A DNA stretch of 64,000 nt from Octopus bimaculoides (Eukaryota), in contig NC_069010.1 of NCBI RefSeq assembly GCF_001194135.2, forward strand, positions 8,304,618 to 8,368,617, read 5' to 3'. The first letter of the stretch is position 1; each line of letters starts with the position of its first letter. Shown here piece after piece: positions 57,021-64,000 of the stretch. The position numbers and the translations under genes were made by a program. The notes beneath the pieces were generated by a model, which saw only the letters and a program-made list of their open reading frames with translations, ran no database searches and was not told where the DNA came from.

Positions 57021-58977
57021 ACACACACACACACAACTGAAATAGATAGATACAATTATCAGACGATACACTCTATTACATAACCAGATGGAAAGAACAG
57101 GCGATATATCACGCGACTAACAAAGAAGAGGGGAAAAGACAATATTATTTTTGCCTGTTACTTATGCTTTTATGGTATGTCATGGTTGTAATTTCATTTT
57201 CATGTCAGATACGCTTTAAACAAATGTAAGAAAAATACCGAAAAAGAAAAAGTAAATAGTGTCGGCCCATTGTTTTCAGGGACAAGTAGTGACCCGCTAA
57301 GTTTAGTTCTAACAGAAAAATCAACGTTATTCCATCAATATTCCCAGAAAAATCACTTCAACAGAAGCAACTCAATGTCACGAGAAGGAATTGATGCATA
57401 AAATGGTTTAGTATCATATTAGTAATAATAATTACGATTTGGTACATTAACACAAAGCTTCAAATTTTGTAGATGGTTGCTATTGATGTTATTTAACCCT
57501 AAATCAGCATAGATTAAGGAGATATATGACAAAGGTGTTCCGTTTTGGGGTTAATGTTTTGTTTGTTTTTCAGAGTATATGTTTAGCAATACATTTGCGG
57601 ATACGTCTTTTTGTTTGTTTTTCTTCTTGTTAATGACCGCAGGGATTGATTGAAGAGCTCTTTGTCTGTTGTATCGCTACTAAGACCCTGTGATTAATTT
57701 ATGCAGGAAAAAGTTATCCATTGCACAAGATTGGTTTGAATTCAGAAAATAGAAAGTAAATACAGCAACGCATTTAGCGTAGCGCCCAGCCATCTTGGCC
57801 ACTGCACACCTTTAATAAAACTTATATAGTTGTGGTCGTCGTTGTCACCATTCGGCCGGGCGACTTGTCCACTCTATTGCAAGCATTCAGATCAGGTCGC
57901 CAGTCCCAACATACCTTTTTCCCTTCTTCCCACCGATCATGAAGACCCTAAAAAGGGTCAAGGGTATTTCCTTCACTTCTGGTTAAACCCCACCCCCCAC
58001 CCCCCAAAAAAAGAAGAAACTATAAATAAATATTTTGAATTTTTTGATATTATTATTATTATTATTATTATTATTNNNNNNNNNNNNNNNNNNNNNNNNN
58101 NNNNNNNNNNNNNNNNNNNNNNNNNNNNNNNNNNNNNNNNNNNNNNNNNNNNNNNNNNNNNNNNNNNNNNNNNNNNNNNNNNNNNNNNNNNNNNNNNNNN
58201 NNNNNNNNNNNNNNNNNNNNNNNNNNNNNNNNNNNNNNNNNNNNNNNNNNNNNNNNNNNNNNNNNNNNNNNNNNNNNNNNNNNNNNNNNNNNNNNNNNNN
58301 NNNNNNNNNNNNNNNNNNNNNNNNNNNNNNNNNNNNNNNNNNNNNNNNNNNNNNNNNNNNNNNNNNNNNNNNNNNNNNNNNNNNNNNNNNNNNNNNNNNN
58401 NNNNNNNNNNNNNNNNNNNNNNNNNNNNNNNNNNNNNNNNNNNNNNNNNNNNNNNNNNNNNNNNNNNNNNNNNNNNNNNNNNNNNNNNNNNNNNNNNNNN
58501 NNNNNNNNNNNNNNNNNNNNNNNNNNNNNNNNNNNNNNNNNNNNNNNNNNNNNNNNNNNNNNNNNNNNNNNNNNNNNNNNNNNNNNNNNNNNNNNNNNNN
58601 NNNNNNNNNNNNNNNNNNNNNNNNNNNNNNNNNNNNNNNNNNNNNNNNNNNNNNNNNNNNNNNNNNNNNNNNNNNNNNNNNNNNNNNNNNNNNNNNNNNN
58701 NNNNNNNNNNNNNNNNNNNNNNNNNNNNNNNNNNNNNNNNNNNNNNNNNNNNNTATATATATATATATATATATATACATAGTTTTATAAATTTTTAATG
58801 TAATTAAACCTCTGTAACCACAACTGAAAGGATTTTATAATATACACACACGCATATATATATTTATTTATTTATTTATTTATTTATGGGTTTCACAAAG
58901 AATCTCGGCATAGTAAGATTGTGGCGTTTAACATTCTCCAAACTGTCCTATGCTTGAATGTTCACAAAGTAGATGCT

Positions 58978-59021
<44 letters not shown>

Positions 59022-59357
59022 ATATATATATGCACACTGACATGTACAGTGTTCATTTCACCTTGTAACGTGTCTGTAAGCTTGATATTTTATCTATGTA
59101 GCATAACATGACAGACAGACAGATATAATATATACACAGTAATTCTCAGGATATTCGCTATGTTAAGTCTCTTGGATAGCTCAATCAGACGATCATATTT
59201 CGAAATTATACCAGTCTTTCTACACATTTTTTGCTGGCATTTCTTGTAAATCCGGCTTATCTTTCAAATCGTTTACATCATTTACCCCGTAAAGAAGAAG
59301 CTGATGCTTTTAAGCCTTCTCATCTATATAAGCTCATTTCTGACAAGTGACTACATA

Positions 59358-59392
59358 TATTAGGTTGGTGCATAATTATTGCGGCTTTTTTT
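59358..59392 (+). mobile_element. Mariner TIR (Hsmar1/MADE1-like), solo end
   Basis: TA + TTAGGTTGGTGCATAATTATTGCGGC versus the recalled MADE1 TIR TTAGGTTGGTGCAAAAGTAATTGCGG. Confidence 0.6.
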
Positions 59393-59697
59393 TTTTTCAA
59401 CAAATTTTATTTAACAAAAGCAATAACAACATGCAACAAAAACATCTTTAAATGATTAGGATCTTTTTTAAAACGGGGGCCACATTTTTCATTAACGAAA
59501 CACTTTGAAAATTGGAACACTGGTAGTATGTGTCATATAAAACATCTTTTTCTCTTAGTCTTCTTTAAAAAAAAAAGAAATCCATAAATTATTCCATGTT
59601 AAAGTTGTCGTATTTCTGTAATTTCAACCAATCACTGACGTCCATTCAGCCGATATACATTAAGTGCCGACTACATAAACAAACGATTCTGAAACAA

Positions 59698-59737
59698 TTA
59701 ACCCTAACCCTAACCCTAGGGTTAGGGTTAGGGTTAA
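59698..59737. repeat. Perfect 40-bp palindrome of telomeric hexamers
   Basis: TTAACCCTAACCCTAACCCTAGGGTTAGGGTTAGGGTTAA is its own reverse complement. Confidence 0.95.
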
Positions 59738-60169
59738 AGCAAATTTAAAATGAAAAAAGCAAATAAAACGAAGGTATGGAGATTAAATACGCTTTACATC
59801 GCTTAATGAGCCAAAGGAGTAAATGTAAACAACTGATAAAAAGTTTTTGTTGAAGAAACAACGATTGAATAAATTCGCATTTATCAGCATGATGTAAAAT
59901 TAACCAACGTAATTCTAATTATAATCTTCAATTAAACTGCAGAAATATATAACTGCACTTTTATAATTGAGTGAAAAAACACAAAGGCACCTGCAGCTTG
60001 CTAATATATATCACGCAAATAAACACTCGGTGTCAGTTGTGATCTTATAATCGATTGTGAATTATTAGCAACCAAATTCATTCTGACAATACAGTCTCTT
60101 GCGTGCTGTTATCTATCTATCTATCTATCCATCCATCTGTCGTCTGCCTTTCTGTCTGTCGTCTGTTTT

Positions 60170-60220
<51 letters not shown>

Positions 60221-60298
60221 GTGTGGATGTGCATATATATGTATGTAGGCATATAGATATATAGGAATACCTATATGTATATCTTTAAATGCATGTGT

Positions 60299-60339
<41 letters not shown>

Positions 60340-60854
60340 ATGTATATATATGAGGGTGTTTCTATATCTATCGTGGAGCTATAAAATAACGTATACTAAC
60401 AACCAACATTCAATTCGCATAGTACTTACTACCATACTACCACATAACTATAAGCCTACCATATACGTAATGCACACACACACACCTATATATATATATA
60501 TTGTAAGTATACTTATGTATGAGCAGAGCAGATTATTCGTCGAATAACAAAACATAGTTTACTATTTTTTCCACTATCTTCTTCTTTTATACCTACCCAT
60601 TGTGATTTTTCAGGAATTCTCATAAATTGTTAGTGATGCTTCCGAATAACAATTTGGCACTCTTGACTTTTCGAGTGCTTTTCAACCATTCCAATTCTTT
60701 TCTAGTTTTATTGTATCTGCTTCGTGTTTCTGTGTGTGTGTTGTGTATGTTTTTGCTTGAACGTGTATGTATGAATGCGTATGGCGTGTAAGTTCGCTTG
60801 CGTAAAAGTACGGGAAGTAAAATATAAGAAGATAGTTATGTATTTAGATTACCT

Positions 60855-61500
60855 GATCCATCCATGTAACCATCGATCTTCTCCACCCACAATTCGTAGG
60901 CACCTCTTCTCGGGTACCTCTTCTAGAAGGTAGAAGCAACCGTCATTACACATTTTGGTTGGATTCTCAAGTGTGACCAGCTGAGATTATAGATATCCAG
61001 CCATCCCATTCTTATAGATATCCAACCATCTCATTCTTGCTCTACCCCTAGATCTCCCGCCAACTGGTTCGGCTTGAAGAATCCGTCTTGCGACTCTTTC
61101 GGGCGAAATTCTAATCACATGTCTGTAGCACCAGAGCTGTGACCTTTTAATGCGGAGAAGTAGCGGTTGGACCTGGTGAAAGTCCTTGATCTCCAAGCTA
61201 TGCAACTTGCTGGGTGACGTTACTCTAGAGATTCTTTGGAGAAAACCCGTTTCGGCCGCTTGTGTTCGTGATCGTATTCTTTCGGTCATTATCCGATGTT
61301 CATGACTTTGGATGAAGTTAAACACGAAAACTGAATCGAAGAGAGTGAGTTTGATTTCTTTACTGATTTCTCCTCTTATGCGGATCGAATGCTCGAATTG
61401 GCGCATTTCTGTGCCAGCAATCGCAACCCTAGCGTCCGATTCAGCCCCCTGATTCCCCTCACGAATGAACACAGCTCGAGGAACTTCATTTGTCGCAATG
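60855..61500 (-). mobile_element. RTE-clade (Rex3/Expander-like) LINE 3' fragment
   Basis: ORF 60987-61472 reads RSRTQAAETGFLQRISRV..VQPLLLRIKRSQLW..HVIRI..GGRSRGRARMRWLD, a typical RTE post-RT C-terminus. Confidence 0.85.
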
Positions 61501-61569
61501 CAGAAGATTACTTGATTTCAAAGTTTAGCAGAAGACCGCTAATTTCAGAAGAGAGAATAAGCCGATTAT

Positions 61570-61799
61570 ATCGACCCAGTACTCAACTGGTACTTATTTA
61601 TCGATTCCGAAAGTTTGAAAGGCAAAGTTAACCCCGGGCAGCATTTAAACCTAGGATGTAAAGACGGACGAAATGCCGCTAAGCAATTTGTCCGGCGTGC
61701 TAACGATTCTGCCAGCTTGTCGCCTTTAGATGTAATCGACCATTCCTCTCCCCCCCCCCAAATTTCAGGCCTTGTGCCTATAATAGAAAGGATTATTTT
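61570..61799. mobile_element. SINE family B rearranged copy (5' part on -, 3' part on +)
   Basis: 61570-61727 is an inverted B head and body; 61729-61799 is a B tail on +. Confidence 0.7.
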
Positions 61800-63931
61800 C
61801 TCATTCTTTTTGCAATCTGTACTTTGGTGTTTGAGCAACCTGCAAATACATTTAGCTGGACTTGTTCAGAATCAGAAAGTTCTTCATTACCGAATAAGGT
61901 GACCTATTCATATGTCGGAAACGGAGTAACTGCTACATACATATGCAAGCATTTTAACGTGTTTTCCGGCATACATGTCGGGATGGTATATTGTGTAAAC
62001 AGGTGGTGTAAATACGTTGTGCAAACATTTAAGAATTGTCACTATTTTTTCAAATCCTGCAGCATTTCACATGGAATGTTCTGTCCTTCAAAGGTTTTTT
62101 GGTGTATAAGTCGACCTACCTTTTTTTTGGTGGGGGTTTGTAAATTTTGGCCTTGTACATCGGTAAAGGCAGTAGACCGCCTTCAAAAGATTCCACCTTA
62201 TAGATTAGCAAATCTTTGCTCATCGATGCGTTGCAACCACAAGTCCTCTGAAGTACTACGGTCTTTCGTTTATCTCTCCTATTGATACTACAACAGTTCA
62301 AGTTTCTCTGAACTAACTAATTACGTACCAACTCCTCTTTTACTCTCAGTCATCAATCCTAACTGTGTCTCACTCGACAAATGTCACATTAAGAGTGTTT
62401 ATTAGAAGGAAACGACAATGGAGTCTAACTTCATATGTTGCTTTCAAGTTCTTGTCTTGTCAACAAAGCTTGTTTCACTTACCAGTCTTTTATGACTCAA
62501 TAAATTAATTGCCATACCCATTGATTTATAGCATCTGCTGTCGAACATTTGACTCTTACGTGTAGCCCGCCTACTTATAGGTTATAAAATAAATATCGGT
62601 AATATAGTGCAATGAGCAGGGTAATGTCAAAGGTTAGAAACAACATACACTCCTAACCTCAACAAGAAAATCAAGACGAAAATGATACCATAAGTAAACT
62701 ACAACTTGTCTGCGTGGTGGAGAAGACAGATCTCTCTTTCTCTCTCTCTCTCTTTATATATTATTTTCTTTTTTTTTTTACTCACTATCTAATAACGAAT
62801 GTTACGCGACTGAAAAAAAAGTTCAACCAACGGAGAAAAGCCTCGGGAATATATTTCTATTTTTAATAAGAACATTACAGTCTATCTTACAATTCTTCTC
62901 ACAGTTAGCTAGTAAATATGCCAAGAAATATATATTTCGTTCTATATTACTTTGAACTTAGGAAGAGATTCAAGTTATTACTATGAAGCCATTGTTGTGT
63001 CAATGAATTAGAGATTTTAATAAGTTTGGCCAGAACTGGGAGATTATTAGATCGGCTTGTATTTAGAGACAAATTAGTCATTTTTCTAAGAAGGCAAAAA
63101 CTGTTTCATTATTTCTTTTAAATGTATAAGTAACTTTACATTTAATTATATTCTAATAAATCGTTTATATAATACACTTTAACTCAAATAATGTTTAAGC
63201 TATAATGAATGAATTTTCTGTAGATTCTGTAATTATTAGTGACTGTCTGTCTACCAGTAATTAATCCTGTAGATTTCTTGGGAATGGATAAATTGGGATT
63301 TATGTCAGTAATATATTTTTCTAGGACAATAGTGACGTAAGTAAATTAAAATGGCTACGTGCGAGAATAGAAATCTAGTCGCTGCATTGACTGAACGAGA
63401 GTCTGTTTCTACGGCCCTCATCATAATTTTAATCGTATTTCCATTCAGTTTTAGATCTGAATAATTTTAACGAAACACTTTATAAACTGTCTAGTTTGTT
63501 TACAGACATAGGATGTGTCTATTTGTAGTCCGTCTTTATAAGTGTCGAGGAACGTTCTGAGTTTAAATTCCGTCGAGGTCGACTTTCCCTTTCATCATTT
63601 CGGGGTGATCCTGAATCTCTCAAAACCAGAGACCCTTAATTAGGTTTTGTCCTTGCATAATAAGATTATCAAGACAATCATGCAAAACCTTCATAAATCA
63701 CGAACATTTTAACAAATTCAACCTACGTATGTTTATATGGGTATATGTGTATGTGTGTGTCTCCGTTTGTTTATATATGTGTAAACACACATACATATTC
63801 ACACACAAAACAAGTATTGAGCAGAGTCATGCCATGTTACTAACAGATTCAGAAAAATGGCGCTTAGATTGCTTAAATTCATTTACCATCAGAATTGACT
63901 GACTTCACTCAATGTGCAATCTACTTTGGGC

Positions 63932-64000
<69 letters not shown>

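Noticed and set aside
59698-59737. Interpretation as a chromosome end-to-end fusion site
   Set aside because: The repeat polarity is the reverse of a telomere fusion and only three units are present per arm; kept as a palindrome finding only.

Overview
AT-rich, microsatellite- and SINE-dense animal DNA with ten N-gaps. The repeat families and 10-11 N placeholder gaps suggest an Octopus draft scaffold (inference). Two + strand genes are readable. (1) An Ataxin-2 gene spans 3575-41944 as 20 phase-consistent GT-AG exons (about 965 codons): LSm, LsmAD, polyQ/low-complexity region, PAM2 and a Q/H/P-rich C-terminus. Its start-codon exon was not found and is probably upstream of the window. (2) About 3.2 kb downstream, one 3520-nt exon (45107-48626) encodes the prodomain and the start of the catalytic domain of an MMP21-like matrix metalloproteinase. 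It carries a stop-free insertion of about 1010 aa (Ser/Thr/Asn-rich, several furin-type sites) between the cysteine switch and the activating RKRR site; this is the most unusual object in the window. The MMP signal-peptide exon and the zinc-binding and hemopexin exons were not found. The rest is intronic or intergenic: three tRNA-like SINE families (labelled A, B, C), an RTE-tail family (D), TTAA-flanked piggyBac-like MITEs (E, F), and relics of RTE, CR1-like, RLE-type and DNA transposons. Exon boundaries were read by hand to the base, repeat boundaries are approximate, and no database search was possible.
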